NCBI GenBank assembly: GCA_050260475.1
Contig: JBLNCG010000061.1
Coordinates: 79,559-143,558, forward strand
Source of the DNA: Bacillota bacterium
GTDB lineage: Bacteria > Bacillota > UBA4882 > JBLNCG01
Direction of reading: 5' to 3'
DNA length: 64,000 nt
In this document: positions 27,524 to 36,961 of the stretch, piece by piece
Numbering within the stretch: position 1 is the first letter of the stretch
Layout: each line of letters opens with the position of its first letter
Made by a program: the position numbers and the translations under genes
The notes under the pieces: generated by a model
Seen by the model: the letters and a program-made list of their open reading frames with translations, nothing else
The model's database searches: none
Told to the model about the DNA's origin: nothing

Positions 27524-27638
27524 CGGATCTCCTCCTTTGCATCCAACCACGCGTTTATATCTTTGCGAAAGAATGACAATTTCCATAACCCCGGACGCTG
27601 ATCATTCCTAAAACCTTAAAACGGCCGGTTGTGTAAAA

Positions 27639-28214
27639 CTATACTCCCCATTCCAGCTTATTCCGGTTGTCCGAAACGATCTTCGTGACTGAAACCTTGA
27701 TATCTTCGGCTTTCCGGCTCATCGTCTCCTGGAGGTAATCCTGAACGCGACCGCGGATATCGCTCTGGATCTGCGGGATATTCATATCCGCCATTACGGA
27801 AAGCTCGATTTTGATTAAGATTCCTTCTTTGCGCGCTTTAACCTCAACCTCCACATCCCTGACGCCCCTTACCTTCCTACATGCCCGGTTCACCAGGGTT
27901 TCCACCGCCTCCTGCGCGACTATCACCTCGCCCAGTTTGGTGTCGTACTTGAGCCTTTTTTCCTCCAGAACGCGGCGGAAGGAATAACGCAGCAGCTTAT
28001 ATCCGGGGAAAATATAAAGGACGGCCAGTCCGAAAATCCAGTATCGGAAGTATTTGATGCTGATCAAACCCGCCATGGACGCGAGCTTCATATGATATAC
28101 TACTTGTCCCACCAAAACCGCCAGCAGGACTAGGCCTGTAATGAAAAGCAGGATTGACGACAAAAGTAACAAAAACCGGTGCACCAGATTCATGGGCTTC
28201 CCCCTTTCCTTCAA
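27639..28214 (-). CDS. alkaline-shock-response membrane anchor protein (AmaP-like)
   Basis: 191 aa with two N-terminal TM helices and an Asp23-like soluble tail. It sits between asp23 and the small membrane protein, as in the staphylococcal amaP-asp23 locus. Confidence 0.65.
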   Translation of the reverse strand: MKERGKPMNLVHRFLLLLSSILLFITGLVLLAVLVGQVVYHMKLASMAGLISIKYFRYWIFGLAVLYIFPGYKLLRYSFRRVLEEKRLKYDTKLGEVIVAQEAVETLVNRACRKVRGVRDVEVEVKARKEGILIKIELSVMADMNIPQIQSDIRGRVQDYLQETMSRKAEDIKVSVTKIVSDNRNKLEWGV

Positions 28215-28273
28215 TGAGGAATTTGAATATTTTCTGCGCCATGCACGGAATTCAGGAAATGCACGAAAAAAGG

Positions 28274-28669
28274 TCAGGAGATATCCTGTTTCAGACGCGC
28301 GGCTTCCCTCGGCTTTTCCTCTCTGGGAATTTTCACGCCCTGGATATGCACGTTGATTTCATCCACTACCAAACCGGTCATGGTTTCCACTGCTTTTTTC
28401 ACATTTTCCTGGACTTTCCAGGCAACCTCCGGCAGCTTCGCCTGATAATCGATGGTGATGAAGAGATCCAGCGCCAGCATATCATCGCTCATCTGCACCC
28501 GTACACCTTTGGCGGTGTTTCCAAGGCGGAATAACTCGGCCAGGCCCTGCGGCACGGAAACGCTCATACCCGCCACTCCTTCGACCTCGGTGGCGGCAAT
28601 ACTTGCAATGACCGAAAGTACTTCATTGGCGATCTTGATTCTCCCGGCCTCACTGTGGTTGGAAGGCAT
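28274..28669 (-). CDS. Asp23/Gls24 family envelope stress protein
   Basis: 131 aa with KIANEVLSVIASIAATEVEGVAGM, the typical Asp23 N-terminal block. Confidence 0.9.
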   Translation of the reverse strand: MPSNHSEAGRIKIANEVLSVIASIAATEVEGVAGMSVSVPQGLAELFRLGNTAKGVRVQMSDDMLALDLFITIDYQAKLPEVAWKVQENVKKAVETMTGLVVDEINVHIQGVKIPREEKPREAARLKQDIS

Positions 28670-28734
28670 CTATTTCACTCCTTAAGACGTTCCTTTTTAA
28701 AATAATCGCCTTCAACGCAAAATATGCTTAAAGC

Positions 28735-30084
28735 TTATTGTTCCTTGGCCATATATTTGCCGATGAATCCGGTGTCGATCTCGCCTTTCAGGAAATGCTC
28801 GTTTTCCAAGACTTTCAAATGAAAGGGGATCGTGGTTTTGACTCCATCCACTTCCATCTCCCGCAATGCCCGGTGCATCCTGCGCACCGCTTCATCCCTG
28901 TCCAGGCCCCAGGCGATCAGCTTGGCCACCATCGAATCATAATAGGACGGTATGATATACCCCGTATATACCGCACTGTCCACTCTGACGCCGATCCCTC
29001 CGGGGGCATGATAAAAAGCGATCTTTCCCGGGGAAGGCATGAAATTCTTTTCCGGATCCTCCGCATTGATGCGGCATTCGATGGCATGGCCGTTGAAGAT
29101 GACATCGGATTGCTGATATCCCAGATGATCCCCGGCCGCGATCCGGATCTGCTCCTTGACCAGGTCGATCCCGGTAATAAGCTCCGTCACCGGGTGCTCC
29201 ACCTGGATCCTGGTGTTCATCTCCATGAAATAGAACCTGCCGTACTTATCAAGGAGAAATTCAATGGTTCCCGCATTGACATAGTTTGCCGCAAGGGCGC
29301 CGGTGACGGCCATGCCTCCCATCTTCTCCCGTAAGGAGGGGGTTATCGCCGGAGATAATGCTTCCTCCAATACTTTTTGATGGCGCCTCTGGATGGAGCA
29401 ATCCCTTTCGCCCAGATAAACGCCGTTGCCGTCCTTGTCCACCAATACCTGCATCTCGATGTGGCGCGGCTCCTCGATAAACTTTTCCAGATACACCTCG
29501 GGGTTGCCGAAAGCCGACTCCGCCTCCGCCTGAGCCATCTGGAAAAAATTAGAAAAATCCTTTTCCACAAAAACCACGCGCATCCCGCGGCCTCCCCCTC
29601 CGGCGGAAGCCTTGATTATTATCGGGTATCCGATTTCCGCAGCCATCTTTTTCGCTTCCTTTTCATCCTTGACTGCCCCCTCGGAGCCCGGGATAACCGG
29701 CACCCCGGCCTGGGCCATGGTTTTTTTCGCCACGGCCTTATCGCCCATCTTTTCGATGGCTTCCGGAGGCGGCCCGATAAAAACAAGCTGATGCGACTGA
29801 CAGATCTCAGCAAAATGCGAATTTTCCGCCAGAAAGCCATAGCCGGGATGAATGGCGTCGGCCCCGGTAATGGAGGCGGCGCTGATGATGTTAGGTATGT
29901 TCAGATAGCTTTTACTGCTGGGTCCTTGCCCGATGCAGATGGACTGGTCCGCGAGCCTTACATGCAGCGAATCTCTGTCCACCTCGGAATAAATGGCTAC
30001 GGTGCCAAGCCCCAACTCCCGGCAGGCCCGGATTATCCTTACGGCAATCTCACCGCGGTTGGCGATGAGTATCTTGCGAAACAT
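28735..30084 (-). CDS. accC: acetyl-CoA carboxylase biotin carboxylase subunit
   Basis: 449 aa starting [21 protein letters not shown], with an ATP-grasp fold and the [14 protein letters not shown] block. Confidence 0.98.
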   Translation of the reverse strand: MFRKILIANRGEIAVRIIRACRELGLGTVAIYSEVDRDSLHVRLADQSICIGQGPSSKSYLNIPNIISAASITGADAIHPGYGFLAENSHFAEICQSHQLVFIGPPPEAIEKMGDKAVAKKTMAQAGVPVIPGSEGAVKDEKEAKKMAAEIGYPIIIKASAGGGGRGMRVVFVEKDFSNFFQMAQAEAESAFGNPEVYLEKFIEEPRHIEMQVLVDKDGNGVYLGERDCSIQRRHQKVLEEALSPAITPSLREKMGGMAVTGALAANYVNAGTIEFLLDKYGRFYFMEMNTRIQVEHPVTELITGIDLVKEQIRIAAGDHLGYQQSDVIFNGHAIECRINAEDPEKNFMPSPGKIAFYHAPGGIGVRVDSAVYTGYIIPSYYDSMVAKLIAWGLDRDEAVRRMHRALREMEVDGVKTTIPFHLKVLENEHFLKGEIDTGFIGKYMAKEQ

Positions 30085-30104
30085 ATCCCGCCCTCCTCCC
30101 GGAC

Positions 30105-30590
30105 TTATAATTTCTCAATGACGAAAAGAGCTTGCCCGTATTCTACCGGCTGCGCGTTTTCCACCAGTATCTTCACGATCTTCCCGCGCACCTCGTTTTC
30201 GATCTCGTTCATCAATTTCATTGCTTCGATGATGCAAAGCACTTGTCCTATTTCAACGATCTGGCCGATTTGGACATACGGTTCCGCATCCGGACTGGGC
30301 GCTCTGTAAAAAGTGCCAACCATGGGAGCATAAACCGTTGTAAAACGGTCATCGTCTTCGATTTTCGATTTATCGCCCCCCACGGCCTCTGGCGAAGACT
30401 CACCCGGAATGGAATTCAGAGGGGCGTGAACCGGCTGGGGGTAATAGGCGGGAGCGGTTTGCAGCACCGGCTGCATATGGGCAACGCCCTTTTTGAGGGT
30501 CAGCTTGTTGCCCTCGTTTTCCCAGGATAATTCGGTTATGTCCGTATTTTCCAGAAGTTTAATCAGATCCTTGATCTCTTTGAAATTCAT
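30105..30590 (-). CDS. accB: acetyl-CoA carboxylase biotin carboxyl carrier protein
   Basis: It carries the biotinylation motif [10 protein letters not shown] prefer the ATG at 30590 ([22 protein letters not shown] upstream). The 60-codon N-terminal extension in the ORF track is rejected. Confidence 0.93.
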   Translation of the reverse strand: MNFKEIKDLIKLLENTDITELSWENEGNKLTLKKGVAHMQPVLQTAPAYYPQPVHAPLNSIPGESSPEAVGGDKSKIEDDDRFTTVYAPMVGTFYRAPSPDAEPYVQIGQIVEIGQVLCIIEAMKLMNEIENEVRGKIVKILVENAQPVEYGQALFVIEKL

Positions 30591-30974
30591 GCCGATGCCT
30601 CCTTTGGCATTTGGATTATAGGCGCCTATTATATACAACAACATTAACCTTTTCGTAAACGATTTGCAAACAAAACGAACGCTTGCGACGGCGATTAAAT
30701 TAATCCGGTTTGTTTTTAGAAAATCGCGGCATTTTGGCGCGATTTCCGGATCATTATTCCATACTTCCATCGCCGACTTCCAAACATATAATCCGCACTG
30801 AACGGGAGAAACTCCGAAAATGCTGTTAAAACTAATTCACCATCGATATTTTTTTTCCTCTTTTTTTATGGAAGCCCCCACTGGCACGCCCGGACGGCAA
30901 AATCAAAACCCCGATTTCATTCTTTTACAACCTTTATCCGGCTTCCGCGCCTATATAGCGTCTTGATAATCCCT

Positions 30975-31523
30975 CTATTCAAAGATATCGCCATACCTTA
31001 TCCGGATCTGCTCCGGTCCGATACCGGCGACTTCCTTGACCAGCGCGGCGATTTCCGCACAGTCCTCTAATTCCGGCCTGCCCGAAACCATTACCGCCAT
31101 CAAACCGCCCTCCGGCCAGTCGATGAAAACCATCCCATATCCTTTCAACCGCAGCGCATGCTCCAGGGAAATGACAGCCTCGTTTCTTTCCATGAGCCGG
31201 TAATATTCCCTCATGGATGCCTCCCGCTCCGGAGCGGATACGGCCATATCGTGGCTTTTTTTATATAGCTGTTCCAGTTTGCGGCGCACGATCTCGTCTC
31301 TTTCAATCTTCCGGCCTGTAAAAGCCTCTCCCTGCCCCGGTTCTTTGAGAAGGGCAGGAGCTGTCGCCGCAACCTGAATATTTTGCGGTGTTTTCTTTTT
31401 ATTACGCCCGGTCGGCAAAAATGATGATCCCCACAAATCCGCCCCCAGCAGTCCGAGGGTAAATCCTGCCGCCAGGAGCAGCGCCCCATGACGGACACTT
31501 TGTTTTTTAAACAGCCAGATCAT
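30975..31523 (-). CDS. spoIIIAH: stage III sporulation protein AH
   Basis: 182 aa with an N-terminal TM helix. It is the last gene of a colinear spoIIIAA-AH operon, and its C-terminal domain has the size and character of SpoIIIAH. Confidence 0.72.
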   Translation of the reverse strand: MIWLFKKQSVRHGALLLAAGFTLGLLGADLWGSSFLPTGRNKKKTPQNIQVAATAPALLKEPGQGEAFTGRKIERDEIVRRKLEQLYKKSHDMAVSAPEREASMREYYRLMERNEAVISLEHALRLKGYGMVFIDWPEGGLMAVMVSGRPELEDCAEIAALVKEVAGIGPEQIRIRYGDIFE

Positions 31524-31527
31524 GCTC

Positions 31528-32136
31528 TCACCTCTTCATAGGCAAAACTATGATCCGGTGTGCGGGAAGCCCGGTCAAAGCAGCCACCGCCTCCAGGATC
31601 TGCCATTTTACCTCGTAAATCTCCGCGCCCTGGGCGATTACAAGGACTCCCTGGATTTCGGGAGCTGTCTCCTCTTCCAGAAGAGGCTTCTCGCTTCCTC
31701 CCGAATCCACCATCACCACTTCACGCTGCTTTTCTTCCTCGGTAGTAATTCGTTTTACTCCGGTCTGGCTTTCCTCGGTGCGCCGGATGTTCTGCCTCTC
31801 GTTTTCCTTCCAGATTTGCCTGCCGCTGTTTGCCAGGGTAATGTCAACAACGACCTGTCCAATGCCTTCAATATTGCTCAGGCTGTCCCGCATTCTTTCC
31901 TCCCAGATTTTTTCCAGGGCCGGAAGGCTGCCGGTGCAATTCGACCCGCCTTTAACATCGTCTGGATCCTCATTGTCCGGCGCAGGAGCCACTCCCCCGC
32001 CCCACCATAAAAAGATCAAACCCAGGACGATGACTCCGACAAACAAACGGAATTTTACCGCAAGCGTCCGGACCTTGGCCCACCATTGATCCCATTCCCC
32101 GGCCCCGGCCGGTTCCAACGTCCTTTTTTCCTCCAT
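31528..32136 (-). CDS. spoIIIAG: stage III sporulation protein AG
   Basis: 202 aa with a TM helix, then the C-terminal ring-building motif region IQGVLVIAQGAEIYEVKWQILEAVAALTGLPAHRIIVLPMK. Confidence 0.85.
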   Translation of the reverse strand: MEEKRTLEPAGAGEWDQWWAKVRTLAVKFRLFVGVIVLGLIFLWWGGGVAPAPDNEDPDDVKGGSNCTGSLPALEKIWEERMRDSLSNIEGIGQVVVDITLANSGRQIWKENERQNIRRTEESQTGVKRITTEEEKQREVVMVDSGGSEKPLLEEETAPEIQGVLVIAQGAEIYEVKWQILEAVAALTGLPAHRIIVLPMKR

Positions 32137-32151
32137 AGCGCTTTCTCCTAG

Positions 32152-32264
32152 AGCAATTTGCGCTGTTAGACGATTTTACGTCTTGCCGCTGAATATCGAT
32201 AGCTTAAATGTCTATGCCTGTATTCAGCGGCAAGACCTGGCATTAAGGCAACAACGCCATTGCT
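32152..32264 (+). repeat. family A repeat, copy A2 (inside the spoIIIA operon, between AF and AG)
   Basis: AGCAATTTGCGCTGTT...ACGTCTTGCCGCTGAATAT...TATTCAGCGGCAAGACC...AACAACGCCATTGC. The inner stem carries a compensatory G/C pair relative to the other copies. Confidence 0.8.
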
Positions 32265-32301
32265 TTCCTATATAATCAGTGATAAAAGAAATATTCTTGA
32301 A

Positions 32302-32664
32302 TTATCTGTCAATTAATGCATTTTTCTTGAAATCATCCTTATTTTTCCCGGTGTCATATTTCTCTTTGGCCTCCTCCGCGGCTTTCAACCCTTCCTCCAG
32401 GATTATCCTGCTTCTATGCTCCGTTTCATCCACGGGAGAGCTTTCCCGAAGCAAATCGCGGCTCAATGACTGTTCGATTCGTGATTCACCATGAAGCGTT
32501 TGAAAAAGATCCAGGACCGGCTGCAGGATAAGCAAGATGATCAGCAGGCCCGTCACCAATCGGGTATACCGCTTCATATTGTCCGAGGGCGCCAGCATAT
32601 GCAGGAATTCCGCCAGCAATAGAAGTATCACCAATTTCCGCACCAGAGCCGTAAGCGCATTCAT
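32302..32664 (-). CDS. spoIIIAF: stage III sporulation protein AF
   Basis: 120 aa. The N-terminus LVILLLLAEFLHMLAPSDNMKRYTRLVTGLLIILLILQP parallels B. subtilis SpoIIIAF. Confidence 0.82.
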   Translation of the reverse strand: MNALTALVRKLVILLLLAEFLHMLAPSDNMKRYTRLVTGLLIILLILQPVLDLFQTLHGESRIEQSLSRDLLRESSPVDETEHRSRIILEEGLKAAEEAKEKYDTGKNKDDFKKNALIDR

Positions 32665-33818
32665 TACAACGACACCGCCGACAGGTTCCCCAGCACTACC
32701 ACGAAAGTCAGCACGGCGATGAACATCATGGTAACCACAAAAAGCACCGCCAGCACTCCTTGAAGACTATTTCCCACTTCGCGCAGGGCCAGGTGAATTT
32801 GCTGTTCCCCCGTGGGCTGCAAAAGAGCCCCCGCCAGCCGGTAAAGCAGCGCCAGGACCAGCAGCTTGATAAAAGGGAAAGCGCAGATCAGGAAAACCGC
32901 CATAACCCCGAAAAGCCCCAGGGTGCTTTTCAGCAGCAAGGCGCAGCCCGCCACCATATCCAAGGCATCCGTAATGTTTGAGCCCACGATCGGCACAAGT
33001 GTTCCAGTCATGAATTTGGCCGTACGGAGAGAGACCCCGTCCACCAGCGCCGCATTGATCCCCTTTACCGACATCATGGCCAAAAAAATACTGACCGCGA
33101 GCCCCAACAGCCATGTTCCGCATTCCCTCAGCAATCCCGCCAGGTTCTTCACGGTGATCTCGCTGCCGAACTGGGAAAAAACGCCCAATACCCCTGAAAG
33201 GAAAAACAAGGGAAAAACCAGATCCCGCGTACAATCCGCCACTGTGATAATGCCCGCCAGCAGGATCGGCTGCAGCAGGTGAATGGATACCATGCCTCCG
33301 GCGGCTCCAAGCAGGGAAAGCAGCACAGGCAGGATGGCATACATGAAATCCACCATGAGGGAGACAGTCTCCCTGCCTGCTTTCATCGCCGCAGCGAAAT
33401 TAACCAGGACTAACACGAGTAAAGTGAGATAACAAATGTAAAAACCCGCTTTAGCAGGGCCTTCTCCCCCGAAGGCATCCTGAAAGTGTTGCATGATGGA
33501 GGTTAAAACCACCAGAATAATCAGCATCCCCAAAAAACCAAGGTTCCGGCGGAATTCTCCGGTCAGAAAATATAACAACCGCGCGCCGATTTTATTCTCA
33601 TCCCTGGCCTGTCCCGGCAAATTACGCCAATCATATGGTTTAAGGAGCTCCCTGGCCTCCCCGTCCATCCGTCCGATTTGCCTCTCCAGCTCCGAGGTGT
33701 CCATGGCGCCCATCTGTTTTTTGTAAATATCCTCCCAGGCGCGCTCCTGCCCCGCTGCAAAAGTGGGCGAAAGGAAAAGTAAAAGCAGGCAAAAAACCGT
33801 CCGGATCTTTGTTTTCAT
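32664..33818 (-). CDS. spoIIIAE: stage III sporulation protein AE
   Basis: 384 aa with a signal peptide and multiple TM helices, in the operon position of AE. Confidence 0.9.
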   Translation of the reverse strand: MKTKIRTVFCLLLLFLSPTFAAGQERAWEDIYKKQMGAMDTSELERQIGRMDGEARELLKPYDWRNLPGQARDENKIGARLLYFLTGEFRRNLGFLGMLIILVVLTSIMQHFQDAFGGEGPAKAGFYICYLTLLVLVLVNFAAAMKAGRETVSLMVDFMYAILPVLLSLLGAAGGMVSIHLLQPILLAGIITVADCTRDLVFPLFFLSGVLGVFSQFGSEITVKNLAGLLRECGTWLLGLAVSIFLAMMSVKGINAALVDGVSLRTAKFMTGTLVPIVGSNITDALDMVAGCALLLKSTLGLFGVMAVFLICAFPFIKLLVLALLYRLAGALLQPTGEQQIHLALREVGNSLQGVLAVLFVVTMMFIAVLTFVVVLGNLSAVSL

Positions 33819-33819
33819 C

Positions 33820-34203
33820 TTACAGCAACTGCAGGATGGTTTTCAGGATCGCGCTTAAAACCGGGACCGCCATCAGAATGATGATCATTTTTCCCGCCAT
33901 CTCGATCTTCATGGCCAAGGCCCCCTCACCCGCGTCTTTACAGATTTGCGCGCCGAATCCGGCCACATATGCCACCCCCACCACTTTAAGAATGATCCTG
34001 AAATACACCGGATTGATCTGGGCCTGCCAGGCCAGCCCCTGTAAAAGTTTCACCACCTGCCAGGCTTTGTCCACCACAAAGAAAAGCATCGCCGCCCCCG
34101 CGGCAAGACCGGCGACAACGGCAATTTCCGGTTTCTCCTTCCGCAGGATGATCAGAAAAATCGTGGCTATCAATGCAAACCCGACAATTTTGATTATTTC
34201 CAT
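33820..34203 (-). CDS. spoIIIAD: stage III sporulation protein AD
   Basis: A 127-aa polytopic membrane protein, paralogous in character to AC, in the operon position of AD. Confidence 0.85.
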   Translation of the reverse strand: MEIIKIVGFALIATIFLIILRKEKPEIAVVAGLAAGAAMLFFVVDKAWQVVKLLQGLAWQAQINPVYFRIILKVVGVAYVAGFGAQICKDAGEGALAMKIEMAGKMIIILMAVPVLSAILKTILQLL

Positions 34204-34205
34204 GA

Positions 34206-34403
34206 TTATATCCCGAACACCGACCTGACGTCTGCGAAGAGACGCTGCAAAAGCTGGATGATCATGAACATGACGATGATTACCCCGGCCAAGGTTAAGA
34301 GTTGCCCCTGCTCATCCTTGCCCGCCTGCTTTAAAACCAGGCTGATGACGGAAATGAGTATGCCGATTCCGGCAATTTTAAAAATAATATTGATGTCCAT
34401 CAA
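34206..34403 (-). CDS. spoIIIAC: stage III sporulation protein AC
   Basis: 65 aa with two TM helices, in the operon position of AC. Confidence 0.85.
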   Translation of the reverse strand: MMDINIIFKIAGIGILISVISLVLKQAGKDEQGQLLTLAGVIIVMFMIIQLLQRLFADVRSVFGI

Positions 34404-34915
34404 TAAAACACCGCCACCAGAGCCGCCCCGGCCATAAATCCAAGGTAACGCCAGAGTTTCACTTTCCGGGCTGTTTCCCCTTCCAGCAGGTTTTCCCTGA
34501 TTTTAAGACGCTCCCGGGCCGCCTGAATTAAACGAAGCTGATCCTCGCGGCCCGATCCCCCCAGGCTGCCGCCCAGACTTAGTAGCGCCTCGGATTCTTC
34601 CCTGCCCACCGCCAAATTTTCCGCGGCAAGCAAAAACTCCCGGCGCCAGGCCTCGGAAACTGAAATACCGTCCCCCTGCCGTAATCCAATCGCAATGTTA
34701 TGCATCATCCTGCGCGCAGGACCTTTCATGTCGCAGGCTGCAATGGTTATTGCTTCCGGCAACGGTTTTAGGCCGTATGAGATCTCCGTCCACAAACTTT
34801 CCAGAAAATACAGGAATTCCCGTACGCTGCGGAGCCGTTTCTGCAGCCGTCCTGAAAACCAAAACCCCCAGCACGTGGTCCCGGTGATGACCATTATAGC
34901 TCCGAAAATTTTCAT
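34400..34915 (-). CDS. spoIIIAB: stage III sporulation protein AB
   Basis: It has a GspF-like soluble domain between TM helices. I prefer the ATG at 34915 (GGGAGG RBS) over the TTG at 34948. Confidence 0.82.
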   Translation of the reverse strand: MKIFGAIMVITGTTCWGFWFSGRLQKRLRSVREFLYFLESLWTEISYGLKPLPEAITIAACDMKGPARRMMHNIAIGLRQGDGISVSEAWRREFLLAAENLAVGREESEALLSLGGSLGGSGREDQLRLIQAARERLKIRENLLEGETARKVKLWRYLGFMAGAALVAVFY

Positions 34916-34944
34916 CTTTTCCTCCCGGATGGATAAAAATGCCG

Positions 34945-35976
34945 TCAACCTATTGCTTGGTTTTCCCTATTTCCGCCTCCGCCCAGGATCAGCGGCATGT
35001 TTGTCAATTTTTGACCTTTGGCGCAATCCGTGACTTCGGCGTAAAACACCCCGTGCCTCCGGGAAAGCTGTATCACCCGTTCAAACACGGCTCTATGCAA
35101 TATATTCCTCCAACCGGGCCTGCCGGCCAGATCGGATAAACCGCCGGCATGCACCGTGGTCATCACCTTTACTCCGGCGTTCAATACCGCCTCCAATGCC
35201 TCCAGATCCCTTTCCGTCCCCAATTCATCCGTGACAATGACAGCCGGCCCCATGGAACGGAGCAGCATAAGCATTCCGTCCCTTTTGGGGCAGCCGTCCA
35301 GGATATCCGTACGCACCCCCAGATCAAGCTGCGGTTCCCCCATAAAACACCCCGCCAGCTCGGATCTTTCATCCACAACTCCCACGTTCAATCCCCCAAA
35401 ATTCAGTTCCGGCACCCCGTTGCTGATCCGCCGCGCGATTTCCCTAAGAAGGGTGGTCTTGCCCATCCCGGGTGGAGAAATGATAAGAGTATGGTATACG
35501 GACTGATCCGGACCAAGGATGTATTTGAGAACTCTATCCGCAACTCCGTTCAACTGGCGGCAAATCCTGTAATTATAACCGGCTAAGGAGCGCAAGGCTT
35601 TGATGCTTCCCTTATCCAGCACCGCCTTTCCCACGAATCCGATGCGGTGCCCCCCGGGGATGGTGAGATACCCTTGGCGAAGCTCCTCCTCAAAAGCGTA
35701 AACCGAGCACTGGCTCAGCAGTTGAAATATCTTATCCAGGACCGGCCTTTCCATGATGACGCCTTCCTGCGGCAATGTACCGTATGTCCCGCCGGCTGAA
35801 ATAAACAGCGTGCCGTAAGGGCTCTCCAAAGCCAGCGGCCTTTTAAGGCGGATCCTGATCTCATAAATCGATTTATGCATTTTTTCCAAAACCGGCTGTA
35901 AAAAGCCCCTTATCTCCCCCGGCAGATACGGCCAGATCTCTTTCCCCCAGCGTTCCAGTTCCATCAGTTTCTCCAT
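34945..35976 (-). CDS. spoIIIAA: stage III sporulation protein AA (secretion-type ATPase)
   Basis: 343 aa with Walker A PPGMGKTTLLREIAR. It is the first gene of the spoIIIA operon. Confidence 0.9.
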   Translation of the reverse strand: MEKLMELERWGKEIWPYLPGEIRGFLQPVLEKMHKSIYEIRIRLKRPLALESPYGTLFISAGGTYGTLPQEGVIMERPVLDKIFQLLSQCSVYAFEEELRQGYLTIPGGHRIGFVGKAVLDKGSIKALRSLAGYNYRICRQLNGVADRVLKYILGPDQSVYHTLIISPPGMGKTTLLREIARRISNGVPELNFGGLNVGVVDERSELAGCFMGEPQLDLGVRTDILDGCPKRDGMLMLLRSMGPAVIVTDELGTERDLEALEAVLNAGVKVMTTVHAGGLSDLAGRPGWRNILHRAVFERVIQLSRRHGVFYAEVTDCAKGQKLTNMPLILGGGGNRENQAIG

Positions 35977-35995
35977 GCCGCCTTTTTTTGTTTAC

Positions 35996-36113
35996 GGCAT
36001 TGCGTTGTTACATTAATGCCGGGTCTTGCCGCTAAATATAGTGTACGGCTACCATTAGGGCAATCGATATTTAGTGGCAAGACGTAAAATTCGCATAACA
36101 ACGCAAATTGCTC
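35996..36113 (-). repeat. family A repeat, copy A3 (inverted orientation)
   Basis: Its reverse complement aligns end to end with A4 and A5 (GAGCAATTTGCGTTGTTATGCGAATTTTACGTCTTGCCACTAAATATCGAT...). Confidence 0.8.
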
Positions 36114-36263
36114 ATTTTAAAAACAACAAGCCCGTCCCTGGTTTAAATTATGGATACGGGTTTGAATTTATGACAATAAATTTTATGAACTATAATTCAG
36201 CGCTAGATATTTAAATATATTATCATAAACGCAAGCGATTCGGATATGGGAATCATCATTACT

Positions 36264-36698
36264 TCACTGCTTTCCCTCATTTTCCTTCGATACAGGCGCC
36301 GCATGATCCAGGCCCTTTTTATCGAAAACGTAAATCGTTTCTCCGCAGGTAGGGCACAACACCTCCACATTGCGGCCGTTTAAGACCATCTCTTCGATGC
36401 AGAGGTTTTCCTGGCAGTTGGGGCAGTTAAGCTCATAAAACGTATTCTCCTCCTCATTATTCTCAGTGATTTCAAACTGGTAAAAATCCTCTTCAAGCTG
36501 GGACAAATCCTCATCCATGCTCTGCAGATAATCCTCAAGGTCGTTCAACCGGGCTTCCAAGGTCTCGCACGTTTCCGCGACATCGCCGCAATATTTCAGA
36601 AGACCTTCCCAGATCAATTTGGTTTTTTCATCCGGCTGAAAGTCCGCCCCGCTTATCAAACCTTGCAAATACGCGGCGCTTTTCGTCAGCTTGGCCAT
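36264..36698 (-). CDS. coiled-coil plus zinc-ribbon protein (CD1247 N-terminal-domain-like), efp-linked
   Basis: 144 aa with an acidic helical N-half and a C-terminal CPNC...CPTC zinc ribbon. It lies next to efp, as the similarly named clostridial genes do by my recollection. Confidence 0.55.
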   Translation of the reverse strand: MAKLTKSAAYLQGLISGADFQPDEKTKLIWEGLLKYCGDVAETCETLEARLNDLEDYLQSMDEDLSQLEEDFYQFEITENNEEENTFYELNCPNCQENLCIEEMVLNGRNVEVLCPTCGETIYVFDKKGLDHAAPVSKENEGKQ

Positions 36699-36834
36699 GT
36701 TTACGATCCTTTCGCTTAAAATATCCGGAATAATCGAATAATGAAATCTAATTCATGCATTTACTTATAGTATATGATAACCCAGGTCGCGATATCCTAT
36801 ACAGGATTGAGGTATTTAATCACCGTTTTATATG

Positions 36835-36953
36835 GAGCAATTGCGTTGTTATGATGATGTTACGTCTTGCCGCTAAATATCGATAGCCTAATGGTAGCCA
36901 TACAATATATTTAGCGGCAAGACCTTATATTAAGGTAACAATGCAATTGCCTC
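36835..36953 (+). repeat. family A repeat, copy A4 (best-preserved palindrome)
   Basis: GAGCAATTGCGTTGTTATGATGATGTTACGTCTTGCCGCTAAATATCGATAGCCTAATGGTAGCCATACAATATATTTAGCGGCAAGACCTTATATTAAGGTAACAATGCAATTGCCTC. Confidence 0.85.
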
Positions 36954-36961
36954 ATCGGAAG

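Noticed and set aside
30591..30770. N-terminal extensions proposed by the ORF track for accB. The same applies to aroB (40329..40463), the Wzy_C gene (41758..41937), era (7448..7546), mtaB (16865..16921) and spoIIIAB (34916..34948).
   Set aside because: In each case an internal start codon has a good Shine-Dalgarno sequence at 5-10 nt and matches the usual family N-terminus. The extension lacks an RBS, overlaps the upstream gene, or both.
36880..36915. A CATACAAT(A) motif in the apical part of family A copies, resembling the SigE (CATACAmT) or SigK (CATAnnnTA) -10 element. Copy A3 points toward spoIIIAA.
   Set aside because: No matching -35 element lies at the correct spacing. Four of five copies point antisense to all the genes, and the one copy facing spoIIIAA has the motif degraded (CGTACACT). 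I treat it as coincidental unless 5'-end mapping shows otherwise.
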